Source: Epiperipatus broadwayi (taxonomy: Eukaryota; Animalia; Onychophora). From it: a DNA stretch of 64,000 nt. A program made the position numbers and the translations under genes. The notes under the pieces are model-generated. The model had not been told where the DNA came from. It made no database searches and saw only the letters and a list, made by a program, of their open reading frames with translations. Below are positions 38,481-50,760 of the stretch, one piece after another (within the stretch, counting starts at the first letter, position 1; each line of letters starts with the position of its first letter). The stretch covers positions 3,720,001 through 3,784,000 of the forward strand of contig JAQFVV010000001.1 of assembly GCA_028023455.1 (NCBI GenBank). The letters are read 5' to 3'.

Positions 38481-39323
38481 AATAAAATAAGGTTCGATCA
38501 TAATTAGTTTTCTGATTTGAAAATGAGTTTAAAAGTAATTTAAAAATAAATGATCTCATTTTATCAAATAATGTTCGATTGTAAATTATTTAAAATTAGT
38601 TTTCAAAATGTAAAAAAATTGCAATCCAGAAAAATGAACCAAATAATGTTTGATCTAAATTGTTTTAAATTAGATTGATTACCATTTTTTTTTTTTAAAA
38701 AAACCATTAGATGATTTTTTTCTTCAATTAAACTTTTTAGTTTCTGTTTGAATTTGAACGACTAAATAATTTCCTTTTTTGGAAGAAAGGTTTTCCTTAT
38801 TTATGCATATTAAGTATTTTGGGAAAAGTTTCTTAGTAAAAAACAATATGATTTGATAAAATACTCAATATTTATAGAAGATATTATATTATTAAACTAT
38901 CTTATACATAAAATTCATATTTTCTCTGTTGTCTGATTAGTGAATGAATGTTTGTCCAATGACTGGGCAAAAAATCAGTATGAATGCTCTTAACTACAGA
39001 TATGTAGTATATATTTTGTGATAAAGGTTCCATTCAGCTGCAGAAACAGCCACAAACTCCAATTTATAATTTACTGTTAAGGTGCTCTGTGCTTTCAAGG
39101 TCTGTTATTCTTCTAATATAGTTCAGATGAATGACATACTTAGTAATGTTAATGAACTTTTATAAATTAGCAATGTGTAATAAAAAAAACATTTATATTA
39201 AATCGTAAAATAAAGTTGCTAAAGCAACCAATTAAAAAATATTACAAATATTATATTTAATAAAAAATATAAAAATGACAGATATTTTATATTCTGATAT
39301 TAATAAATGGTAACTATTAATAG

Positions 39324-39392
39324 TAATAATAATAAGTTAGATGTCACATGACTTATATATATCTTGCACTTACAAATATGTAAAATTAAGAG
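39324..39392 (+). repeat. 69-bp direct repeat, copy 1
   Basis: 65/69 identical to 40561-40629. Confidence 0.85.
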
Positions 39393-39929
39393 ATTAAAAA
39401 ACTATTATAATTAGTCTGATGCCATAAAAAAAAAATTATTCAGAGGGTACTCCAGTAAATATAAAATATAATGGGTATTTTTAAAAATGTAAATTTTAAT
39501 TTAGCTTTATTAAAATTTGGAAGTTTATTTATATAATATTTAAATGTTTTGTTTAATTCACATAAAATCTTTGAAAAAATTTGTTAAAGCAACTAATTAT
39601 TACAAAAATGACAGTGTCTGCCATTAAAAAACTGCTCAAAAAAATACATACTTTTAATTACAGAGGGATAGTATTTAAATTGTGAAAAAAAATGATTACA
39701 GTACATAAATCCATATTTGAAATATGGTATATAATGAGGGGATATAAATAGATCCTTTAGTACTGTATTTACATTTAGTTTTTGTTAGTGTATAATTGAA
39801 GCCGAAATAATGCTTCTGACTGATTACATTTCTCACATTTAATATATAATTTTAAAATCTTTTGTTTAATTTACATTAGATCCCAAAAAAAAAATTTCTT
39901 AAGGCAACATACTAAAAAAAACACCAGGG

Positions 39930-40480
39930 TTACATAACCCATGTGCAGTCTGGTTATTATATATAAAAAAATCAGACCTTAAGCAATCCATTGCAAAATA
40001 TAGCTTGTTTAAAAGCTCTTAATACAGGAATAAGTGAAAAAGTAAGACATTAATCACCTTACCAATTATCAGGTGTTGAGTGTTTGAACAATTCACATTC
40101 TTGTTTTCTAAATAAAAATATCTAGATACCACTTACTGACCAATACTGAAAGGCTAAATATGCACTTGCTATCTATAAAAACAAATCTTAAAAAAACTAT
40201 CCATGCTTTATCTGAGCAATATCATTTGCCAACTCAGGAGGTATGGCAATAAGAGCACTAATCATAGCCTAGTGATACTCTTTCATCATTATATAATAAA
40301 ATTGGGATTAATCTTATAACATTTTCTATATTAATATATATAAATATTCGGCTATAATCAGTTCAAAAATTATCTGCCATATCCAGCAATATACACATTC
40401 ATATGCATTGCAGCCAAATTATAGTCCAATAGTACTATTAATCATACACAAAAAACTAATTAATCTATCCTCTGTATACA
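39930..40480 (-). pseudogene. possible decayed Mutator-like (MULE) transposase fragment
   Basis: Frame pieces YCWIWQII, ISALIAIPPELANDI, QYWSVSGI and ECELFKHSTPDNW fall in the order expected for GC.FH.Q, MAL..LP, WSV.G, RTNN..E..H, HPN.W. Confidence 0.3.
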
Positions 40481-40560
40481 CTGTTATTATAAACAAATGT
40501 AACAGCAATAGTTTTTAAAATGAATCTAGCAATTAAGTTACTAGTAAGATATTTAATTGG

Positions 40561-40629
40561 TAATAATAAAAAGTCAGATGTCACATGACTTATATATAGC
40601 TTGCACTTACAAATATATAAAATTAAGAG
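40561..40629 (+). repeat. 69-bp direct repeat, copy 2
   Basis: 65/69 identical to 39324-39392. Confidence 0.85.
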
Positions 40630-40718
40630 CATGCTAATGAGCTCTAAACAAGCTTTTTTTTATTTTATGATAAATGCTACTGCAAGAGAAGACATTCAAA
40701 TCATTTTTATCTTGGATT

Positions 40719-40774
40719 GTCCCCATCCCCAGACTGGTTTCGACCTATGGGTCTCTTCAGTGAGGAGTTGGGAC
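40719..40774 (-). ncRNA. type I hammerhead ribozyme motif (family B), predicted cleavage after GUC between 40732 and 40731
   Basis: Minus strand: GUCCC AAC UCCUCA CUGAAGA GACC(CAUA)GGUC GAAA C(CA)G UC / UGGGGA UG GGGAC. Complete core, 4-bp stem II with a 4-nt loop, 2-bp stem III, and a 6+5 bp stem I with an internal loop. Confidence 0.8.
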
Positions 40775-41249
40775 ATTAAATTCAAAAAACCAACTCAAGC
40801 TACGCATTTATTTAAAAGTTAATTGTCAAGAAGAATATTTAATTTGTCAAAAAATTTAAGTTGTCAGACTGAACAATTTTATTTTGTTTCTTCAATATGA
40901 TTTTTCAGCAGTTTTGGCAATGAGTATGCTAAGGAACAAACTTAAGCTACAGTTTTTATATATAATCAGCATATCTAAATGTATGCAAATAATCTGACCA
41001 AGTGACTCTTATTATAAGGAATTCCTGTCTATAAATGTCAATGTTTTTTTAAGAGAATAGATGAGCTAATAGATGATTATGGCACTCATTTGACCTTGGG
41101 AAGAAAAATATTTTCCAAAGATTAATGAATCTTAGAATGGTTAATTACATGAGAGTATAGAAGGCATTGGAAAAACATAACATTAAAGATATTTAGATAT
41201 ACAATGATAAACAGCTATTAAAAAATGAATAGAAATAGTTACTTTACTG

Positions 41250-44112
41250 ATCATGAAATCTGATAGGAGTGGAAAAAGCAAGATCACTCAAGTCACCAGC
41301 ATACAAATTCCTTGAGAAAATAATCCATTTGCGGTAGGTGGTTGGAGTAGGAAAACATTATGGAAAACTAATGAGTTAGAAGAAGTGTCAATGTTAAAAT
41401 ATAAGATGGATACTTTAGGTATTTGTGAAACTATATGAATGGGTAATAATAATTTTAAATCAGGATTTAAAATAAATTATAGTGGAGATGATCAGTTTAA
41501 AAAAATGGTGTTGCCATTATATTAAGAGGTAAATCAGTGAATAATGTATACTTATCATGTGAGTTATAGAATTTTAATGATTTAGATAAAAGCAATTCTG
41601 ATGAATATGTATTAATACTGGTATATTTTTTCTACTACTAATAGTGATGATGAAGCTGAAAGTATTTAAGAAAGTTCAAAAGAATTTTATTAATGCTTGT
41701 CAATAATAAGTATAATATTCTTTTGATGGTTGACTTTAATGCATCTCTGGATATACATAAGAATTCAAGATGTGTGGTTAGACTTGATTCAGATGGTATG
41801 AATTTGTGCAATTAAAGATTGATTGAATTTTGTATGCAGCATGAAATGGTAATATCCAATACATTTTATGATGTATCTAAAAAATGATATTCATGAAAAG
41901 CTCCAGAAGATCTTAAAAGGTATTTGATTGATTATATTATAATTAAACAAAGATATAAAAATTAAATACAGTGTGGTCATGGTTACACTGTTTCTAATGT
42001 GGATAATGATCATATACTTATTTGGCAAAATGTAATATTAGATTTTAGAGGAAAATTATATCTGCTAAAAATAAATGGTGTTTAAGTAAATTAGAAAATT
42101 AGGGCATAGCAAAGAAATTTAATGATGAAACCACTATGACATATTTTGATGAAATACAATGGAAAAATATTAAAGCATGTATAAGACAGCTGCCACTAAG
42201 GTAGTGGGGAAAATGGCATTAATACCTAAGAAATTATGGATGACTCAAAAATATTGGATTAATTAAAAAAAGCAATGAAGTTAGATATAAAAACTATGAT
42301 TAATATAAAATAGTGAAAAAATTAATAACAGCAAATTGCAGAATTGAGGAAGCAAAACTGATGAATATGATAAGAAATTGAAAATAGCATAAATGTTAGA
42401 ACAGTTAAATAGGTATATGATAAAATCAAAATGTTGAATTGTAAAGGGAGAAAGGGAGAACATTTAGTAATACTGTTAAAAATAAAAAAGAAAGAATACT
42501 TTTTGAAACATGAAAGTGTGTGATAATGGAAAGAGTCTATTAAAGATTTTTATAAAGAATAAAAAACAATAAATATAAATATGAGGGTTTATATAGAGAA
42601 TAAACATTTAGATGAAGAGAATGAGAAAGGACTTGAAATAGCAAGAAAATTTGATTATGCAATTATTAAGATAAAAAGTAATAAGGTATCTGATATTGTA
42701 GTAATGTCATTAAAAATAAATTATTTGATATAATAACAGGATGTTATGAAAAAGGTATAAAACCATCTGTTTCTATGACTACAAAAACTATTGTCTTCCA
42801 AAAAAAAAAAATGATAATGCAAATGATTGCACAAATTACAGTACAATAGTTCTATTATCTTATGCCTCAAAGATTTTATTCATAATAATTAAAAATAGAA
42901 TATAAAAGAAAATATATGATAATTTGAATGAAGATCAATATGATTTTAAACCCAAAAAAGAAACTAGAAAAGCAATAATGCATTAAGAATGATTATGCAA
43001 AGAATATCAGAAATGAATAGAAAATCTTACATGGCTTTTATTGATGCAGAGAAAGCTTTTGATAAAGTGGATTGTAAGTTGTTTTTTAAAATGATGAAGA
43101 AGGTAGACCTTAATTGGAAAGATAGATGATTAATTTTAAATTTATATGAATGTCAAAATACAGAAATAGTTATAAATAGTAGTGGTGTAAGGTGAAGCTG
43201 CCCATTATCACTCTACTTATTCAATTTATTTATTGAGAATATAATAAGGATTGTAAAAACAAAAACTAAAGGAATTAAAATTAATGTTAAGAAGATACTT
43301 TGTATTTGTTATGCATATAATATAGCATTATTTGCAGATTCAGAAAAAGAAATGACTAAAATACTTACAATATTTAATATGATTATAGAACCATTTAAAT
43401 TAAAGATAAATATTAATAAAATTAGAGTGACAGTGGTAGACAGAAAGAAAATAAAAGACTGATTGATGTTTGAATAAAAAATATACATTTACAGCAAGTT
43501 AAGACATTTTTTTATCCGTATAATATGATTTGTGGTGACAATAGTTGCCTTGTTGGGATTAAAAGAAGATTAATGTTAGTAAAACATGCTTTTCAAAATA
43601 AAAAAAACTTTACCACTAACTAAAAATATTGATACAAAAAATACAATGACATCTATTAAAACCTTCATTTGGAGTACATTGACTTATGGTTGTGAGACAT
43701 GGTCTTTGGAAAATCAAGATAGAAACAGATTAGGAGGATAGAAAATGTGACTTTTGAAAAGATTGACTAGAATGAGTTGGAAGGAAAAGAAGACTAATTA
43801 TCAAATATTTATAGAACTTGGAATAAAAAGAGAACTACTGAATATGATTAAAAATGAGAAAGGTTTAAGTTTTTGGATCATATTTTAAGACATGATAGAT
43901 TTGTACAAAATATTTTGAAAGACAAAATGTTAGAAAGAGATCTGAGAGGCAGACCAAGAATATAGTATATTAAAAATGTGATTAGTGAAATTGAATATTT
44001 TTATATGCAGATATGAAATGAATTGTTGAAGATAGAATATTATGGCTGCAACAATAAGGCAGCAACAATAAGGCATTGCCTTTAGAAGCTGATGATGATA
44101 ACAATAATAATA
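41250..44112 (+). mobile_element. RTE-clade non-LTR retrotransposon, near full length, heavily decayed
   Basis: APE: AVGGWSRKTL, DTLGICET, INYSGDD, MVDFNA, LIDYIII. RT: NYSTIVLLSYASKIL, AFIDAEKAFDKVD, GVR*SCPLSLYLFNLFIE, YAYNIALFAD. GRPR near the end, with a (TGA)n/(TAA)n tail at 44089-44112. Confidence 0.92.
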
Positions 44113-46261
44113 CAGATACATTTCATATTATATTTAATAAATCTGAAGTATGTATAATATAACACTAAAGCAACAAATGATAATTTCAGTTAAACACATT
44201 ATAGATTCTTAGTCAGTGGATAAATAATAAATTCAGTGTTATTTTATATATAAATATAATATAGACAGCAGTGTACATAAATCATTAGTAGATAAATGAT
44301 GTAGGTTTGTAATACTCCAAGTATAAAATGACTATCAAAAATATGATGATTATATAAAATATTAGATATAAGGAATTGCATTTCAAATGTTGAGGGGGGG
44401 GGGAGTCAAGTATTTGAAAGTTACTAATGCTTTACTGTAATGTGCTCTGCTAACAATCCATAAATTTTTTTAAAGGCTGAAATGAAATTATTATTACATA
44501 AAATAAAAAAAGTGCCCCAGAAAACATTATTTAAATTTATATTCTTGTTATAAGATGCAATTAAATATTTTACAAACCACCTATTACCCTTAGAGTGATT
44601 TTATTCAAAAGCTAAAGCTTTAAGGATGGATTCTTAGCTGTGGAAAATAAAATAAATAGCATAATCAATCAAGATGTTTTCAGCTATTACTTTATTGCTC
44701 AAAACTCAAGAGAACTCCTACTACATTTAATCTATATATTGTATCTGAAATAAAATAAAAACTAATACTTTTCATTGCTGATGATTGAAAAAAACTTTCC
44801 CATACATCTTATTATAATCATTCAGTATATGACATGAATTATGGAAAATAATCCTTTTTCTAATGTTAATGTTTAATTGTACTTTTAGAAAAGTTATATC
44901 CTTTTGGATACATGTCAACGTTTTTTTTTTGTTTTCAATAGTTTCATGTAATATTTTTTTATTAATTAAATCATTTTGTGACTTGGGAGGTCATAAGATG
45001 TCTACATTTTGAAAATGGCAGACTTGAATTGTAATCCATGGACCTTTAGCTCCCAAGATCATTGCTTCTCCATTGTATTAGTCTACACAAGGTAAACATT
45101 TATTTATAACTGAAGATGTTTAAAAGAACCATTGATTATTTAAAATAGTTTCAAAAGACATCATATTTTCAGCTTTTGTTGCTTAATAATAGTGACAGAT
45201 TCTGAAATAGATCATTGTCATTAAATGAATTAAGTCTTTATTATCATCATGAAAGCAAACTGGTATGTTACTACTATTATATATAAAGTTTGCAGTAACA
45301 TCATAATTATAAAAAATGTCATGAAGGCAAAACAATGACATGGTTTATTTTTCAAAAAATATTTTACTGATAGCAATAGATGAATATAAATTCAAAAGTA
45401 ATATATGATCTAAACATTAATATATTTCATATTAAACAAGGCAAAACTCTCTCCATACAGTAGTGCCACCCTGTGCCAATCTTTTATGTGCTAGTATGAC
45501 ATAGTGATCATGTGATATTTTATATTTACTAATATGTAAGATATGATTTTTTTTAGATATTATTATAATTGCTAATTTCTGGTAAATAACAATATCAGAA
45601 ATTAGAAAAACGTCCAAAAATATTGTTTACTTTTTAGAAATTGGATTAATTATTAACTAAATAGAAAGCATAGTGATGTTTAAATTGTATAATTATAGTT
45701 TTTCAAATGAAATGTTTATAATTTTATATTATACGCATTAAACACAGAAGTCATATAATTAACATAAATATTGTGTATATGTACACAATATACAATATAA
45801 TAAAAATTAAAAATTCTGGAAATTTGCCAGAGATATATAAAATATGCAGATATTCTAATCTCTTAAAGAGAGCGATGTTCCATTCAGAAAATTAATCCAT
45901 TTTCAAAAGTTAACAGTGATAAACTACCAAAGTAGTGAAGAATATAATTTAAAGCTGTGCATTTATTCTAGTGATTCATCATAAAATTAAATTATGGTGA
46001 AGTGCTGTTGCATATGTTTACTTAATAACATTGGGTTTCTAAAAACTACTTTTTAATATTACAAATTAAATAGTTTCGAGAATATTTTTTATTTCAATGA
46101 AATTGATGAATTTCACAAATAAACGTTTTTAAACATTTATTTGTTGTTCAACCTACTTCTTGCTATTATATGTTTTATAAACTCATTGGGACAGTTTTAG
46201 TACTTTCTGATGCTTATCGTAAGACAACGACTTTAACTTTTTAAAATTCAAAATTCTTTTC

Positions 46262-46490
46262 ATAATACAATATTTTTCCACATTTGTTGCTAAAAACTTA
46301 TTTTTACTAGGTTAATTTGTAAATTTATCAAACATTTTATTTAAATTAGGTAGAATTAAAGAAAATGCATTAAATTTTGTGCATAAACTTTCTTTGTTGA
46401 ATATGTTAATCATCTCATTTTTTAAGTAATGTGTCATCACCCCATAAATTGTATGCAGGTATATTAATGACTCTTAAGTATGGTCATATA
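46262..46490 (+). repeat. unclassified dispersed repeat family C, copy 1
   Basis: Collinear with 58348-58590 (e.g. AAAACTTATTTTTA..G.TTAATTTGTAAATTTATCAA.CATTTT..., CATCTCATTTTTTAA.TAATG, CCCATAAATTGTAT). Confidence 0.7.
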
Positions 46491-46732
46491 TATTGTAACT
46501 GTACAAATGTTAGAATTATAAATGTTATGGGATACATGGAAGATGAAAAATAATTGTCTCCCCAAACATCACAATAAGTGAGTATGAACAAAATCAGCAG
46601 TGACAATGAACAATATATAAGTTATAGACACAACATCATCAGCATTAATTAGAAATAGTCAACAGACATCCTTTATTCCTTATGACTGGAATTAAAAAAA
46701 ATTACTCTATAAAATCTAAGCGAATCTTCTAT

Positions 46733-49333
46733 TGAAACAAACAGATCGAAGAATCGATCTTAGTTTCATGGTTGTCATTTAAGAACAGTAATTCTAAACC
46801 ACTATTTACCCGCAATGAGACTTTTTCTATTCCAAGCCACATAGATATTAAGTTATTTATTTTGTGTTTGTTTAAAAAGAATTTAATGTAAAGAGTATGA
46901 GTATAAATGTCACAAATCATGATAAATAATATTCGTGTGTGTGTGGTTTGTGGATTTATATTAGCTCAATTTAAAAGTTTCAATTGCGTGTATATTTTCT
47001 TTAAATTTTAATTTTGCAAATTATACAAAGTCATTTAAAAATGCTGATCAAAAGTCACATTCCTTTGATCAGTATTTTTAATCAAAATCTTACTTGTACA
47101 AAATGTATAGAATAATTAATTTGTACTTTGATGAATTAACATAATGAATTTATATTTTTGTATTCACGAATTCCGATGTAATTGTTTTGTCAATTTAGAA
47201 TCATGTATTAAATTTAAAAATAAATGAAAACCGAACAATGGAAATGAGAAACGTAGAACTCTTATCAAGAAAGGCAAATGCTATTGTATAGTCAAAAATT
47301 AGATATTGCTGGAGGCCAGAAAATCAAAGGAGGCGGAGTCATGAACAAAAACTAGGCAGAAAGGTCAACCGTAGCCATCTTAAATATAATATAGACACTC
47401 TAACTTTTGACTTGGCTGTGCTTAGATCGTCTCAAGCTACAGCAAAGTAGTTGTTCCAGAGAAATCACTTCAACCGTTATTAAGAAGTTGCCCGGTAAAC
47501 TGCAATCATGATGGGCTAAGTCCAAGAAGCTGATCCCTGTTCTGCCAATTTAAATCTTTCGTACCGCTGATCTGTAATGTTTTCCGTGCTTCCAGTCTTC
47601 CAAATTCCAACATTTAAATTAACCATGCCGTTCTAAGAAATTCAAAATGCGCGCCTACGTTCTTCATACATATCACCGCAAGAAGAAAAGCCGGACGAAG
47701 AAAGAATGGTAACTTTTGTTACATGAACTTTTTAACTTTCCTCTCAGTAATAATTTTATATTTAATCTGTTAATCAAAGTAATTGCATGTAAATTTCTTG
47801 CTTTCCATTTGAAAATGTTACACTAAAACCTGTCAGTAAATTTCTTCTCTAATATTTCTGTGCTCTAGTCTTTAGATGATAATTATTAATATTTGTGCCT
47901 ACTAATAATCCATTTGTGAATACATTTATATTTTTACTATTACTTATTTTACAAACAAAACGATGCCAATAATAATATTTCTCAACTCTAATTAAAGTCA
48001 GTAAAGTTTATCTCATAATATTTATTATATTCATTTTAAAAGTAATTTTCTTTTATCGAACTAAAAATTGTTTCATTTATGTTGAGTTGAGAAATATTCA
48101 AATATTTTTATTGTTTCTTTTACTTCGTTATGATATTTTAATCTATACTCCAAATCTCAATACTTAAAATAGTCTAAAATTTTATTATAATTTTTTTATA
48201 TATTATTACGGAGTAAGAATAATAAGTGAATATTTTTTTGCTATTATTACCTTCCGAACAATCTGGGGAGTTATGGGTTTCAGAGTGAAATTAATTAATT
48301 ATTACTTTTGCGATCGTTTGATTTCGCCATGTTTTATTGAATAGTTATATCGGACTGTTGCGTAGAAAATGTTACGGAGAGAAAAGGTTTTATATAATTT
48401 CGTTTTAAAATCCACTTCCGATCACTCTTCCTCGATGTTACTGTGGCAATGCCTTTACCTTCGCCTAAGTTGGCGTCTCGTTTTACTACCACATGGAGAG
48501 AAAGAAATTCTTCTCCAGGTAATCTCTTGGATCACCGGGGTTCGAAAATGAGCCCGGCTGGTTGTAGTGTCCCGGATCTACTTGGGGGCATTAAGACTTG
48601 TCAAAGTACAAGCCGCCCGGTATTCCGTCAATGCACCGCAAGTTATTATTTGTAGTATACCTTAATCCCTGCAACCATCAGTACATCAGTATTATATATT
48701 ATATTTTTATATAAAACCGCCTCCCATTTATCCGTATACGCAATGGTTTGAATCTATTAAAATAAAACAACTTAATATAAACTAGTAGTTAAATATTTTA
48801 AGTGCTCCAATTACTCTGATTCTCATATCAACCTGTACAACCATTTAAACATATAAATATTGGCATGAGTTTGTTAATCAGTACAAACCGATTATTGATG
48901 ACTAGCAGCAATTTATTATAAATACATATGAGAGTTTTACCGTACCTGTAAATAATATTATTCAATGCTTTCAATAATTTATTAAAAATTTATCTAACCT
49001 AATTTTGTCTCTCTTGCATTATTACTCTCGAAATCTAGTCAATCACCTGCTGTCTGTATCGACAACTTAAATATATACATTAAATTATTAGCCGTACCAA
49101 TATCCCGACTATAAGATATCTATGAAATAGCTGATTGTAGGTAATTTAGTCTGTGTTTTTTCGATGAGCTAGTAAAGGGAAAACCCCGTACCGTTGTAAT
49201 GTTGTCATCGGTGGGTCATGCCAGGGTTTTGGGTTTGAATTTAGTTTGCATTTTGGAATTTATTCCTAGACGTGGACTGGGTTCGAATTCGGATTACTGT
49301 GTGTGATTAGGCATGGTGATTTTTACCGGTACA
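46733..49333 (+). repeat. 5' LTR (2601 bp)
   Basis: Starts TGAAACA and ends GGTACA. Differs from the 3' LTR by about 8 substitutions and 2 small indels (manual comparison). Confidence 0.95.
47325..47395 (+). promoter_or_regulatory. candidate LTR promoter (GC-box-like GGAGGCGGAG, TATA-like TAAATATAATA); duplicated in the 3' LTR
   Basis: Motif appearance and position in the 5' quarter of the LTR only. Confidence 0.25.
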
Positions 49334-49346
49334 GTGTTTAAAATTT

Positions 49347-49365
49347 TGGACGCCCTCCGTGGTGC
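49347..49365 (+). promoter_or_regulatory. degenerate primer-binding site, tRNA-Lys-like
   Basis: TGGACGCCCTCCGTGGTGC versus the tRNA-Lys PBS TGGCGCCCAACGTGGGGC: 15/18 matches plus one inserted A; located 13 nt after the LTR end. Confidence 0.5.
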
Positions 49366-50760
49366 TCTGATGAAGAAATCTCCCACACCCTGCAGAGTGA
49401 ACAAGAGTAAATATTAAATTATAGAAATATTCGATTTTTTTTTCATACCGTTGAGATATATATACTTTGCGTTATTAAAATGCGCAGTTTTAAAACGATG
49501 TTTTGAGTAAGTCAAATATACTAATTTTTTTTTCACCCGTGCTTGCAAGTAGTTTCAGTTGAATAGATTGCCTTCTAATATTGTTAAGATAATATAGTGA
49601 GATTTTTTTTTTGAAAAAAAAAGTGTGAAAGCGATTTTGAAGTTTTGTTTTAACGACAAAAATATTGAGAATAGTTTCAAAGCAAGTGAAAACCTGTATC
49701 GATTTTGTGCGTTTATTTAATTCAAAATAAACGAATGTTATTTCATAAATCTTTTTGCAAGTCAATTTTGTTTTGTTGTTTGAAAATTTTTTTTAAGAAA
49801 AAAATAAAGCAAAGAAAGTAGGATTACTTTTCATGTCTTACAAATAAACGCGTGTATGTGTGTATATATATTGTTTAATATAGAAATCTTATCAAAGCCA
49901 GTGCATAATATAAATATCAGTTGAATAAAGTTTGGCCGGAATATGTGCTATCCGATATTAAGTAGAGTAACCGTTTAGGTTAAGTTTTTTTTTGTATAAA
50001 ACCAATCAGCCAAATACAGTCGTCAAAGTGTTAACGGTATATACACGTACGTTATAGAAACTTGAAATTGTATGATAAACCCGCAGAAGTAGCGTTAATA
50101 TTAAACGTTCTACATAAAACATTATGTTCTTGAATCAAATGATTTTATTAAGTCACGTAAAAGTATATATTTGGGGATCAGTGGATTAAATTATCTATTG
50201 GTCACATGTTGCTGGCTGGCGCCTTTCAAATAAATTTGTCAGCAAATATGTTTGTCCATACAGCAGTGGTGAGTTTTGTTTGGTCTATAAAAGAGAGAAA
50301 TGGTGATATATATATATAGAGAGAGAGTTACTGACAGTATTATAAGAATATTATTGTGTTATATACTAATTGTTAATATGTTGTTTTATAGGACTGAGGA
50401 GAATAGTTCGAACTGGGTGAAATAAAGTTTTTTCTCTCCCCTTATTAATAATTTAGATACACGTTATCATATCATATATATACATGTAATAATAAAATAA
50501 AAAAAAAAAAGTGAAAAAGGGGTTTTATATAACAGAAATCAATCGGAACGTAGGCGAAAAAAAGAAAGGAAGGAAGACACACAAACTGGATGAGAAAGGT
50601 GGGAACAGTATCAGCAGCGGGGAAGGATTTGGCATATAGGATCAGGGATCAGTATCTTTTATGAATATATACATAAATAAAAAAATATTTCGCGAATAAC
50701 TAATTCACCTGCTAAAAAAAAAAAAAACACACATATAATTAATAAAAAAAAAAATACCAA

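Noticed and set aside
38172-38507. 111-aa plus-strand ORF, or minus-strand exon pair with good splice-like sites, as a host gene
   Set aside because: No recognisable protein and several frames are equally open. A YH...HA..VS resemblance to phosphodiesterases lacks the invariant Asn. A decayed P-like transposase tail explains it at least as well. RNA-seq junctions would be needed.
44085-44112. CTGATGA as a ribozyme core
   Set aside because: It is the start of the (TGA)n tail of the RTE element; no stem II or GAAA follows.
12000-46700. The many 60-90 aa ORFs in AT-rich stretches of the supplied track
   Set aside because: Mostly non-ATG starts, I/L/F/K/N-biased low-complexity products, or microsatellite-derived; expected by chance at this base composition.
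48369-48655. Small overlapping ORFs (and their copies at 53771-54057) as genes
   Set aside because: They lie in a GC-richer patch of the LTR where short ORFs arise by chance; no recognisable domain.
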